From Dehalococcoidia bacterium (GTDB lineage: Bacteria; Chloroflexota; Dehalococcoidia; UBA2979), in contig OZ244720.1 in assembly GCA_965219085.1 (NCBI GenBank), forward strand, positions 576,001 through 640,000: a DNA stretch of 64,000 bases. The letters are read 5' to 3'. Shown here one piece after another: positions 20,263 through 29,802 of this stretch. A model generated the notes under the pieces. It searched no databases, was not told where the DNA came from, and was given only the letters and a program-made list of their open reading frames with translations. Numbering within the stretch: the stretch's first letter is position 1; every line of letters begins with the position of its first letter. Both the position numbers and the translations under genes were made by a program.

Positions 20263-20544
20263 GTGGCCGATTCCGGCGATTCCGCACGAGCCAGGCGATG
20301 ACGCTGCCCGGCGGGGTGCTGCTGGTGCTGGACGCCGCATGGGAGCGGTGCTGGTCGCTGACTTCCTCGCCCGCAACAAGATCGCGCGGAGCGGCGGGTA
20401 TCGGAGCTGGGATTCGCTCCGAACGCCTTCCTCGTGGAGACCGATCCCGGGTTCCCGTCGCTGGACCTGGCGAACGCGCTGGCCGGCCAGGACGGAGTGC
20501 TGATCTCCAGTCCCAACTGGCGCAGGGAAATCGTTCTCCATTGA
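20263..20544 (+). pseudogene. Frameshifted copy of the propeptide/chaperone-like module
   Basis: AGGAGG then GTG 20263. DNA 20298-20544 aligns with 12077-12322 but has indels, and ends in TTGA overlapping the protease start. Confidence 0.7.
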
Positions 20545-23500
20545 GATCGCTCGCGCTGGTCACCGCCTGCGTCCTGCTTGGCGTCATGGCCGCGCCCGGC
20601 CTCACGCGAGCGCAGACGCCGCCGCCCGTCGCCGCCCCGACCATCGACTCGGTCACCCCCGGCGAACGCTCGCTGATCGTGCACTGGACGCCGCCCGCCG
20701 GCGTCGACGCGGCGGACATCACCGCCTACGACGTGCGCTCCATCGAGAGCGACGCCCCGGACAAGGCCGCCGGCCACTGGACCATCGTGGCGGGCGCCTG
20801 GAGCGCGGGCGACCTGCGCTACCTCCTCAAGAGCCTGACCAACGACACGCAGTACGACGTGCAGGTGCGCGCGGTCACCATGGATGGCGAGGGCGCCTGG
20901 TCGACCACCGTCACCGGCACGCCCGCCGACCACAGCGGCGAGATCGGCGGCGCGACCGCGCTGGCGCTGAACTCCAAGGCGACCGGGGCCATCGACGCGG
21001 CTGGCGACCAGGATGTCTTCCGGATCGTGCTGACCAGCGCCGCCGCCCTGTGGATCGTCTCCAGCGGCAACACTGATCTGGTCGGGTACCTGCTCGATGC
21101 CAACGGGGTTGTCATCGCCCGAAATGACGACAGCTCCCTCTTGCACAGCCGCAGCAACTTCGCGATCTGGCACGAGGTGGAGGCGGGAACCTACTACATC
21201 AGGGTGGGCGGTTATCGATCGGAGACCGGATCGTACAGCTTCCGCCCCCGAACGCTCACCCCACCCGGTGGCTCCATCGCGGACGCCGCGGACATCTCCC
21301 TGCGGCAAACGCCGGCGCGGCTGGACTCGGCGACCGACGAGCATTACTTCGCCCTCACGATCGATGCCGACAAATACGTGTCTATCGAGGCCGTTGTCAG
21401 CCATGCCTTGTTCTCTCCCGACGAGCCCGCATCGCTGGCGGCGGAGGTCTTCGACCAGGATGGCAATCCGGTGGACATCTATCAGATCCCCCACAGCGCC
21501 TACATCGAGGACGGGCGGTCATTCATCAGCTTTACGATCTCCGGCAAACTCAGCGCCGGCACGAACTACCTCAAAATCTCGTCTCCCTCTGGCAAGCCCG
21601 GACCGTACCTACTCACGATCTCTGACGATACCGCGTACAGCAGATTCATCAATGGATGCATCGCCCGGGAGACCTCCGTCGGCGATCCCCTGTCCGGCTG
21701 TCAATGGCACCTGCGCAACAGCGGGCAATACTCCGGGGGGGCAGAACAGGACATTAACGTCGAAGCCGCGTGGACCACGACCAAGGGCGCCGGCGTGAAC
21801 GTCGCCGTGGTCGACAACGGGATGCACTTCGAGCACGAAGACCTGACGGACAACGCCGATCCCGCCCGCAACCGGAACTACTCCGCTCGCGCCGACATAT
21901 TCAACCCCTTTGAGGCCCACGGGACGAACGTGGCCGGCCTGATCGCGGCGCGGGACAACGATATCGGCATGCGCGGCGTCGCGCCCCGGGCCACGATCTA
22001 CGGCTACAACCTGATCGCGGACTTCACGGAGGCCAATACGGCGGACGCCATGTTCCGGATCGGCGAGGGGTCCACGACGGGGGACGAGGACACCGCCGTA
22101 TCCAGCAACAGCTGGGGACCATCAGCCTTCTTCGCACCGGCCCCCGCGCCCGCTGTCTGGGAGCTGGCCGTCCAGAACGGGGTGACGAGCGGCAACCACG
22201 GCAAAGGAGTCTTCTACGTCTTTTCCGTCGGCAACGAAGGGATCCAGGACGACGCCAACTTCAACGGATACGCGAACTACTACGCCGTCACCGCCGTCTG
22301 TGCCGTCAACCACAACGATGTGAGAAGCTACTACTCGGAAGTGGGCGCGAACCTGTGGGTATGCGCTCCATCCCATGATCCTTATCTGCCGAGGATCGCG
22401 ACGACCCAGAACGGCCATCGCTATATGGACAAGTTCGGGGGCACGTCCGCGGCCGTTCCCATCGTGTCCGGCGTGGCCGCGCTGCTGCGCAGCGCCAATC
22501 CCAGTCTGACCTGGCGGGACCTCAAGCTCATCCTCGCCGCGTCCGCACGCAAGAACGATGCCGACAACACGGGCTGGCAGGAGGGCGCCCTGAAGTACGG
22601 CTCCACCACAGACGACGACCGTTATTCGTTCAACCACGAGTACGGCTTTGGCATGGTGGACGCCGGGGCCGCCGTCGCTCTGGCCGGCGGCTGGAGCAAC
22701 GTTCCGGACCTGCGCGAGATCAGCGCGGAAGCGGCGGACAAGGATCTAGAGATTCCCGACGCTCCCTCCAGTGAAAACCCCATCACGGTCAGCAGCAGCG
22801 TGACGGTCGACCCCTATGTGGGATTTGTCGAGTTCGTCGAGATCAACACCACGTTCGACCACGGGGACTTCAGAGATCTCGAGATCGAGCTGGTGTCTCC
22901 TTCGGGCGCTGTGTCCACGCTGGCCGCTGCCTATCCATACCTGCGAAGAGAAGTGATATCCGCCGTACGGTTCGGCTCGGCCCCGCACCTCGGCGAGAAC
23001 GCCGCCGGCGAGTGGACGCTTCGCATCACGGACAAGTACCCGGGTGGACGGGGAAAGCTCGTTGGGTGGAGCCTGACCGCCTACGGACATGGATACTCGC
23101 CCGGGCGCCCCGACATCGCCGTGGTGGCTGCCGACCTCGGCGAGCTGACGGTTGACTGGAGCGCCCCCGGCGACATCGGCGGCTCGGCCGTCAGCGCCTA
23201 CGACCTGCGCTCTATCGAGAGTGACGCCGCCGACAAGTCGGACGACAACTGGACCGTGGAGGCAGGCATCGGGACCGTGGGCGACCTGCAGTACACGGTC
23301 TCCGGCCTGGACGCCGGCTCCGCCTACGACGTGCAGGTGCGGGCGGTCAACGCCGCCGGCGCGGGTCCCTGGTCGGCCACGCGAGTCGGGGCAACCGTTG
23401 CCACCGACGACGCCAGCCTCAGCGCCCTGGCGCTGAGCGAGGGCAGGCTGGCGCCGGCGTTCGCCGGCGGGGTGACGTCGTACACGGCATCGGTCGGGTA

Positions 23501-26500
23501 CACGGTCACGCAGATCACCGTCGCCGCCACCGTGAACGACGCCGGCGCCGCGGTCGCGTTCCTCGACGGCAATGGCAACGCGCTCGCCGACGCCGACGGC
23601 AACGCGACCGGCCAGCAGGTCAACCTGTCGGTGGGCGACAACGCGATCAACGCGCAGGTGACGGCGCGTGACGGCGTCACTACGCAGACCTACACCCTCA
23701 CGGTCACGCGGACGCAGGAGGACACGTCGCTGACGCCACCTGCGAGCGACCCCGTCGTCGCGGTCGCGTCGTCGGCCGTCTACACGATCACGTTCCAGGG
23801 GAAGTGGACCAGCGCCGTCACGCCGGAGGGCCTGCCCGGCAACGCCCACTTCTCGCGCCTCATCGGCGCCGTCCACAACGCCGCCGTGACCTTTCTCGAG
23901 AGCGGCAGGACGGCCAGCGCCGGCGTCGAGTCGATGGCGGAGAACGGGTTGACGTCGGCCCTCTGGAGCGAAATCACCAACGCCGGGCCGAACGCGACCG
24001 CCGTCCTCGAGGGGACCACGAACTCCATCGACCCAACCCTCTCAAGGACGCTCAGCGGCGTCACGCTCAGCACCGAGCACCCGCGGGTCACGCTGACGAC
24101 GATGGTCGCCCCGAGCCCGGACTGGTTCGTCGGCGTCTCGGGGCTGCCCCTGCTCGACGGCATGGGTCGCTGGCTGCGCTCGCACACGCTGAGCCTCTAC
24201 CCGTGGGACGCCGGAACCGAGGACGGGACCGGGTTCTCGCTGTCGAATCTCCCCACCAACCCGCAGGGCGTGATCACGAGCATCCGCGGGACGGGCAGGT
24301 TCTCGACCGCACCGATCGCGACCCTGACCTTCACGCGCCAGTCGGTCTCCCCGTCCTTCCCCGCCGGCGAGAGCGGCGCCCGCAGCATCCCCGAGAACAC
24401 GGCCGCCGGACAGAACGTCGGCGCGCCGGTCGCGGCCACGGACTCCGACGGCGAGACGCTCAGCTACACGCTGGGCGGGACCGACGCCGCGTCGTTCGAC
24501 ATCGTCGCCACGTCGGGCCAGCTGCGGACGCAGGCGGCTCTCGACTACGAGACCAAGTCCGGCTACGCGGTGACGGTCACGGTCACGGATCCCTCCGGCC
24601 TCAGCGCCGCGGTCGACGTGACCATCAGCGTCACGAACGTGAACGACCCTCCCCTGGTCACGGGCGATACCGAGGTGAGCTACGCCGAGAACGACACGTC
24701 GGACGTGACCACCTACGGCGCCACGGACCCCGACGACGACACGATCACCTGGTCGCTCTTGGGGACGGACGGCGGCGACTTCGGCATCAGCGACATCGGC
24801 GTGCTGCGCTTCGCCACCACGCCCGACTTCGAGACGCCGGTCGACGCCAATCGGGACAACGTCTACGAGGTGACCGTGCGTGCCGACGACGGCGCCGACC
24901 CCGTCACGCTCGGCCTGACCGTGACCGTGACCAACGACGGCCAGCCGCCGGAGTTTCCCTCCGCGACGGACACGCAGGGGGTCGCCGAGAACAGCCCCAC
25001 GTCGACGGTCGTCGCCACGGTCACGGCGACCGACCCCGACGGCGAGGCGCTCACCTACACGCTGGGCGGCGCCGACGCGGCGTCGTTCGACATCGCCAAT
25101 AGCGCCGTCGGGCAGTTGCGCGCCCAGGCGGCGCTCGACTACGAGGCCCAGAGTTCGTACCAGGTCGTCGTCACGGCCACGGACCCCTACGGCCTGAGCG
25201 ACAGCATCACGCTGACCATCAGCGTCAGCGACGTGAACGAGGCGCCGGCCTTCCCGGCCGGCGAGAGCGGCGCCCGCAGCATCCCCGAGAACACGGGCGC
25301 CGGACAGAACATCGGCGCGCCGGTCGCGGCCGCGGACGACGACAACGACGCGCTGACCTACACCCTGGGCGGCACGGACGCCGCGTCCTTCCGCATCGGC
25401 GCCTCGTCGGGCCAACTGCGCACCGATGCGGCGCTGGATCGCGAGACGAAGAGCGCCTACACGGTCAGCGTCAGGGTCCGCGACAGCCGGGACGCCAGCG
25501 GCAACCCGGACACGGCCACGGACGACACGATCACGGTCACGATCGCCATCACCGACGTGAACGAGCCGCCGGTCATCGACGGCCCGGCCAGCGTCAACTT
25601 CGCCGAGGGCGGCACGGGAACGGTCGCCACCTACACCGCCACGGACCCGGAGGGCGCCATCATCTGGGAGCCGCTTGCGGGGCCGGACCGCGACCACTTC
25701 ACTTTCAGCGGCGGCGTGCTGGGCTTCGTCGCGCCGCCCGACTTCGAGTCGCCCGTGGACAACGGCGGCAACAACGAGTACTCGGTCAGGGTGCGCGCCT
25801 CCGACGGCGCGAACCCGGCCACGCTCGACGTGACGGTGACCGTCGTCAACGAGGAGGAGCCGGGGACGCTCGGCCTCTCCTCGCAGCAGCCGCTGGTGGG
25901 GACCACGCTCGGGGCGACGCTGACGGATCCCGATCGCGTGCTCAGCGAGTCGTGGTCCTGGCGCCGCTCCCTGAACCGCAGCACCTGGAGCGAGATCACG
26001 GGGGCGACGTCAGCCAGCTACACCCCGCTCGCGGCCGACGACCTCAACCACTACCTGCAGGTCACAGTCGAGTACACCGACGGCCACGGCTCCGGCAAGC
26101 GCCTGACGCAGGCGACGGACGATGTGGTGGAGGAGCCACCGCCGGTGAACAACCCGCCGGCGTTCGCCGACCCGAGCACGTCGCGCTCCGTCGCCGAGAA
26201 CTCGGCCGAAGGGACGCCCGTCGGTGCCCCGGTCACGGCCACCGACGCCGACGGCCATAGGCTGGGGTACACGCTCACCGGCGGCGACACGGACATCTTC
26301 ACCGTCGACAGCGGGAGCGGCCAGATTCGGGTCGCGCGGGGTGCGGCCCTCGACCACGAGGCGGGCATCTCCTACTCCGTCACGGTCACCGCCAGCGACC
26401 CCCTGACCGCCTCCGATAGCATCTCTGTCAGCATCAGTATCGACGACGTGAACGAGCGGCCACAGGCGGTCGACGACGCGCTCACGATCGACGAGGACGC

Positions 26501-28673
26501 GCCGGGAACCCTCATCGAGGTGCTGTCCAACGACAGCGACCCCGAGGGCGACGCCCTGACCGCCACGGTGAGCACGCAGCCTGCCAACGGCGTCGCCGAG
26601 GTCGATGCCGCCAGCAACGAGATCACGTACACGCCCAAGGCCGACTACCACGGCGCGGACAGCTTCAGCTACGCCGTCTCCGACGGGAGCCTCTCCGCCG
26701 AGGCCACCGTCGCGGTGACCATCGACCCGCTCAACGACGACCCCGAGTTCGCGGGGGCCACGGCCGGGCGCTCGGTCTCCGAGAGCGCGCAGGAAGGGGA
26801 CGACGTCGGCGCGCCGGTCACCGCCAGCGACGTGGACGGCGACGAGCTCACCTACCGGCTGACCGGCGCCGCTGCCTCGGACTTCGAGATCGAAGAGCAC
26901 ACTGCCCAGGTCACCGTGCGCGACGGGGTCGTGCTGGACGCCGCGAACCGGCCCGCCTACGCGGGCACGGTGATCGCAGAGGACGGGAACGGCGGGACGG
27001 CGAGCATCGAGGTCACCATCACCGTGTCCAGCGCCGGCCCCACCGGCCCCGGCCCCGGCGGCGGGGGCGGCGGAGGCGGTGGTGGTGGTGGCCCGTCGGG
27101 GCCCTCGCCGAGCGAGCTGGACTTCGAGTGGAACGTGAAGCGCGACCTCGAAGCGCTGGACGGCGGCCACGACACGCCTACCGGCTCCTGGTCCGACGGC
27201 ACGGTCCTCTGGATCGCCGAGAACGGCCCGGGCGCCGGCGACGCCGTCTACGCCTACGACCTCCAGACCGGCGAACGGGTGGAGGAGCGCGAGTTCGAAC
27301 TCGACGAGCGCAACCGCGCACCGCGCGGCGTCTGGTCCGGCGGCACGGTCATCTGGGTCTCCGACAGCGGCCAGGACCGCCTCTTCGCCTACGACCTCGA
27401 GACGGGCGAGCGGCTGCCGGAGCGCGACCTCGAGCTCGACGGGGACAACGGCGCCGCCCGCGGCATCTGGTCGGATGGCGAGAGGATGTGGGTGCTCGAC
27501 GGCGGCAAGGACAGCCTCTTCGCCTACGACCTCGGGAGCGGCGCGCTGGTGGCCGAGTACGCCCTCGACGACGCCAACGGCGACCCTCACGGGATCTGGT
27601 CGGACGGGGTGACGATCTGGGTCTCGGACCACGGCGCGAAGCGGCTCTTCGCCTACCGCCTCGAGGATGGGGAGCTCGTACGCATCCGCGAGGAGGAGTT
27701 CACGGAGCTGAGCAAGGCCTCCAACAACAGCCCGCGCGGCATCTGGTCGGACGGCGAGGTGATCTACGTGGCCGACGAGAGCGACGACAAGGTCTACAGC
27801 TACAACATGCCCGACGCGATCGACGCCCGGCTGGCCGCGCTGACCCTGAGCGGCATCGAGATCGGGGAGTTCACGGGGGACCGCACGGAGTACGAGGGCG
27901 TCGCCGCCGAGGGCGTGACGGAGACGACCGTCGAGGCCGCTACGGTGCAGCGCCGCACGACCGTCCTCATCGAGCCGGCCGACGCCGACGGCGACGACAC
28001 GAACGGCCACCAGCTGGCGCTGGAGGGCATCGACGCGATCACCGTCACCGTGACCTCGGCGGACGGCAGCCGCACGCGCGTCTACCGCGTGCGGCTGGAA
28101 GGCGGCGCGGCGCAGGAAGCGCCCTGGACGCACTGCTTGCGCGGCGACGTCGCTGAGGGCTTCAGCCTCGTCGTCTATGAGGGCGGCGGTGTCGAGGACC
28201 TGGTCACCTGTGCGGAGAGCCGTGATGTCGTGGCCCTCTACGCGCTGCACGGCGGCGTCTACGTCTCGTACATCCTCGGAGCGCCGGGATTCGTGAACCA
28301 ACCGTTCGTCGAGCTGTTCGCCGATGGCGTCCCCCCGGTCACGCCGCTGGTCGCTGGGAGCAGCGGACCGCCATCAGCGGACCCGAACCAAGGCGACGGC
28401 GCCCTGTTGCCGTGGCCGGAGTGCCTGCGCGGCGAGATCGCCGCGGGCTTCAGCCTCGTCATCTACGAGGGCGGTAGCGTCGATGATCTCGTGGCCTGCG
28501 CGGCGAGCTTGCGCGTCACGGCCCTCTACGCGCTCCACGACGACCAGTGGGTCTCCTACATCCTCGGAGCGCCCGAGTTCGTGAACCGCAAGTTCCGTGA
28601 GCTGTTCACCGACGGCCTTCCCCCGCTCACGCCGCTGACCGCCAGGAGCGCGGGGCCTCCCGCAGCCAACTGA
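20541..28673 (+). CDS. Giant secreted kexin-like S8 serine protease 2 (FN3, PPC, S8, P-domain, Spondin_N, multiple cadherins, shared cassette)
   Basis: Triad VVDNG, HGTNVAG, GGTSAAVP; Spondin_N motifs HFSRLIG, APSPDWFVG, WDAGTE. A TTG start at 20541 gives the signal peptide; the ORF track extends to ATG 20298. About 2,710 aa. Confidence 0.9.
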   Translation: MRSLALVTACVLLGVMAAPGLTRAQTPPPVAAPTIDSVTPGERSLIVHWTPPAGVDAADITAYDVRSIESDAPDKAAGHWTIVAGAWSAGDLRYLLKSLTNDTQYDVQVRAVTMDGEGAWSTTVTGTPADHSGEIGGATALALNSKATGAIDAAGDQDVFRIVLTSAAALWIVSSGNTDLVGYLLDANGVVIARNDDSSLLHSRSNFAIWHEVEAGTYYIRVGGYRSETGSYSFRPRTLTPPGGSIADAADISLRQTPARLDSATDEHYFALTIDADKYVSIEAVVSHALFSPDEPASLAAEVFDQDGNPVDIYQIPHSAYIEDGRSFISFTISGKLSAGTNYLKISSPSGKPGPYLLTISDDTAYSRFINGCIARETSVGDPLSGCQWHLRNSGQYSGGAEQDINVEAAWTTTKGAGVNVAVVDNGMHFEHEDLTDNADPARNRNYSARADIFNPFEAHGTNVAGLIAARDNDIGMRGVAPRATIYGYNLIADFTEANTADAMFRIGEGSTTGDEDTAVSSNSWGPSAFFAPAPAPAVWELAVQNGVTSGNHGKGVFYVFSVGNEGIQDDANFNGYANYYAVTAVCAVNHNDVRSYYSEVGANLWVCAPSHDPYLPRIATTQNGHRYMDKFGGTSAAVPIVSGVAALLRSANPSLTWRDLKLILAASARKNDADNTGWQEGALKYGSTTDDDRYSFNHEYGFGMVDAGAAVALAGGWSNVPDLREISAEAADKDLEIPDAPSSENPITVSSSVTVDPYVGFVEFVEINTTFDHGDFRDLEIELVSPSGAVSTLAAAYPYLRREVISAVRFGSAPHLGENAAGEWTLRITDKYPGGRGKLVGWSLTAYGHGYSPGRPDIAVVAADLGELTVDWSAPGDIGGSAVSAYDLRSIESDAADKSDDNWTVEAGIGTVGDLQYTVSGLDAGSAYDVQVRAVNAAGAGPWSATRVGATVATDDASLSALALSEGRLAPAFAGGVTSYTASVGYTVTQITVAATVNDAGAAVAFLDGNGNALADADGNATGQQVNLSVGDNAINAQVTARDGVTTQTYTLTVTRTQEDTSLTPPASDPVVAVASSAVYTITFQGKWTSAVTPEGLPGNAHFSRLIGAVHNAAVTFLESGRTASAGVESMAENGLTSALWSEITNAGPNATAVLEGTTNSIDPTLSRTLSGVTLSTEHPRVTLTTMVAPSPDWFVGVSGLPLLDGMGRWLRSHTLSLYPWDAGTEDGTGFSLSNLPTNPQGVITSIRGTGRFSTAPIATLTFTRQSVSPSFPAGESGARSIPENTAAGQNVGAPVAATDSDGETLSYTLGGTDAASFDIVATSGQLRTQAALDYETKSGYAVTVTVTDPSGLSAAVDVTISVTNVNDPPLVTGDTEVSYAENDTSDVTTYGATDPDDDTITWSLLGTDGGDFGISDIGVLRFATTPDFETPVDANRDNVYEVTVRADDGADPVTLGLTVTVTNDGQPPEFPSATDTQGVAENSPTSTVVATVTATDPDGEALTYTLGGADAASFDIANSAVGQLRAQAALDYEAQSSYQVVVTATDPYGLSDSITLTISVSDVNEAPAFPAGESGARSIPENTGAGQNIGAPVAAADDDNDALTYTLGGTDAASFRIGASSGQLRTDAALDRETKSAYTVSVRVRDSRDASGNPDTATDDTITVTIAITDVNEPPVIDGPASVNFAEGGTGTVATYTATDPEGAIIWEPLAGPDRDHFTFSGGVLGFVAPPDFESPVDNGGNNEYSVRVRASDGANPATLDVTVTVVNEEEPGTLGLSSQQPLVGTTLGATLTDPDRVLSESWSWRRSLNRSTWSEITGATSASYTPLAADDLNHYLQVTVEYTDGHGSGKRLTQATDDVVEEPPPVNNPPAFADPSTSRSVAENSAEGTPVGAPVTATDADGHRLGYTLTGGDTDIFTVDSGSGQIRVARGAALDHEAGISYSVTVTASDPLTASDSISVSISIDDVNERPQAVDDALTIDEDAPGTLIEVLSNDSDPEGDALTATVSTQPANGVAEVDAASNEITYTPKADYHGADSFSYAVSDGSLSAEATVAVTIDPLNDDPEFAGATAGRSVSESAQEGDDVGAPVTASDVDGDELTYRLTGAAASDFEIEEHTAQVTVRDGVVLDAANRPAYAGTVIAEDGNGGTASIEVTITVSSAGPTGPGPGGGGGGGGGGGGPSGPSPSELDFEWNVKRDLEALDGGHDTPTGSWSDGTVLWIAENGPGAGDAVYAYDLQTGERVEEREFELDERNRAPRGVWSGGTVIWVSDSGQDRLFAYDLETGERLPERDLELDGDNGAARGIWSDGERMWVLDGGKDSLFAYDLGSGALVAEYALDDANGDPHGIWSDGVTIWVSDHGAKRLFAYRLEDGELVRIREEEFTELSKASNNSPRGIWSDGEVIYVADESDDKVYSYNMPDAIDARLAALTLSGIEIGEFTGDRTEYEGVAAEGVTETTVEAATVQRRTTVLIEPADADGDDTNGHQLALEGIDAITVTVTSADGSRTRVYRVRLEGGAAQEAPWTHCLRGDVAEGFSLVVYEGGGVEDLVTCAESRDVVALYALHGGVYVSYILGAPGFVNQPFVELFADGVPPVTPLVAGSSGPPSADPNQGDGALLPWPECLRGEIAAGFSLVIYEGGSVDDLVACAASLRVTALYALHDDQWVSYILGAPEFVNRKFRELFTDGLPPLTPLTARSAGPPAAN
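27085..28640 (+). repeat. Shared C-terminal cassette, copy 2
   Basis: Long stretches are identical to 40480-42040. The antisense ORFs 27800..28075 and 41196..41471 are identical, as are 28259..28462 and 41655..41858. Confidence 0.9.
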
Positions 28674-28789
28674 TCTCCCCGCGCAACCTGCGTCTGCTGG
28701 GCGAGACGTGCGTTTGGGCCGTCGGGTTCGCCGGGCTCCGGGCCACGGGCTCGCGCTCCAGCTCGAGGGGCTCCTCGACCGTCGCGGGC

Positions 28790-29235
28790 GGGAAGAAGCG
28801 CTGCCGCGGACGGGCGCCCAGCTCCGCCAGTCGGTGCGGGCGGGCGTCGGCCAGGCCCCGCGCACGGAGTTCAGCCAGGCGTCCGCGCAGGGTGGAGGCG
28901 GAATCCCGCTGAAGCGAGAGAGCTCGCCAACGCTGGCGAACGGCGTCTCGCAGAGCAGCAGCAGCGCATCCCGCAGGCGGCCCGGCAGGAACGGGCCGGG
29001 GCGGTGCAGTCCGAGCGGAGGAGCGTCGGCGACGAGTGCGCGCGTCGCCGACGCGAGCGCCTCCGCGGTGGCGCCGGCCCGGCCGATGATGGCGCGGGGC
29101 AGGGGCACGGCCCGTCTGACCGCGGTCGAGGAAGCGCCAGAGCGTATGGCGCGAGACGCCGAAGGCCTTGGCAGTGCGCCCGCGGCCGTGCTTCCACGCG
29201 TAGGCGCGGAGATAGCTCCTGATCGGCCGATCAGT
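28790..29235 (-). pseudogene. Frameshifted HTH / replication-relaxation-like gene remnant
   Basis: Pieces in different frames: GRTAKAFGVSRHTLWRFL (HTH), LLLLCETPFASVGELSRFSG, STLRGRLAELRARGL. Confidence 0.45.
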
Positions 29236-29533
29236 CGCTGTCGGGTGGGGCGCTCGCTGCCAATGGCCGTCCCCGCCGCGAGCGACGGGCCCTAGCCCGC
29301 CTCGGAGCGCGACGCCGCAGACCCCGCTGCCACTGAGCACGGCCGAGTTCGCTCCGCCTTTCGCGCACAACGCTCTTGCCCGCCAAGCGGCGTGCGAGCT
29401 GCACTCCGTAGCCCGCCACCGCCTCGCTGGGCCCGGCTCCCGCCGACGGGGCTATCCGACGGAGTGCCCGGGGCTCGCCGCGATCTCCTTGACAAAGGAG
29501 CGGATGCAGGCCCGGCACCCGGTCAACTCGCTG

Positions 29534-29609
29534 GTCACGATATGTTCACAGAGAACAGTCACAAGTTCACGCGCCGTGCACTGACACCAAGCCAACGAGC
29601 AGGAAGAAT
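29534..29609 (+). promoter_or_regulatory. Conserved activator-box promoter, copy 3
   Basis: GTCAC 29534, TTCAC 29545 and 29566, TGCAC 29577; CTGACA(29581)-17 nt-AAGAAT(29604). Confidence 0.7.
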
Positions 29610-29802
29610 TGCCCCGTTGAACCTGGGAGAGCGCAACACGCTCGCGCAAGGAGGCATTGGTGCGTTCGACGGTAGCGAAGCCGAACGGGAACGCTCGGCA
29701 GGCAGGCGCAACGGCGCTCAACGAGCGCGCGCGTGGGTGCCCGCCCCGCGGGCTGCCAGAACGAACGTACTCCTCCCCTCTTGCGCCGGGTTAGCCACAA
29801 CG

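Noticed and set aside
20298-20540. 81-aa N-terminal extension of protease 2
   Set aside because: It is out-of-frame chaperone-remnant sequence. Paralogues place the start at the TTG overlapping the TGA.
29392-29802. 137-aa N-terminal extension of the 4,234-aa ORF
   Set aside because: It spans the conserved promoter and leader. The signal peptide begins at ATG 29803.
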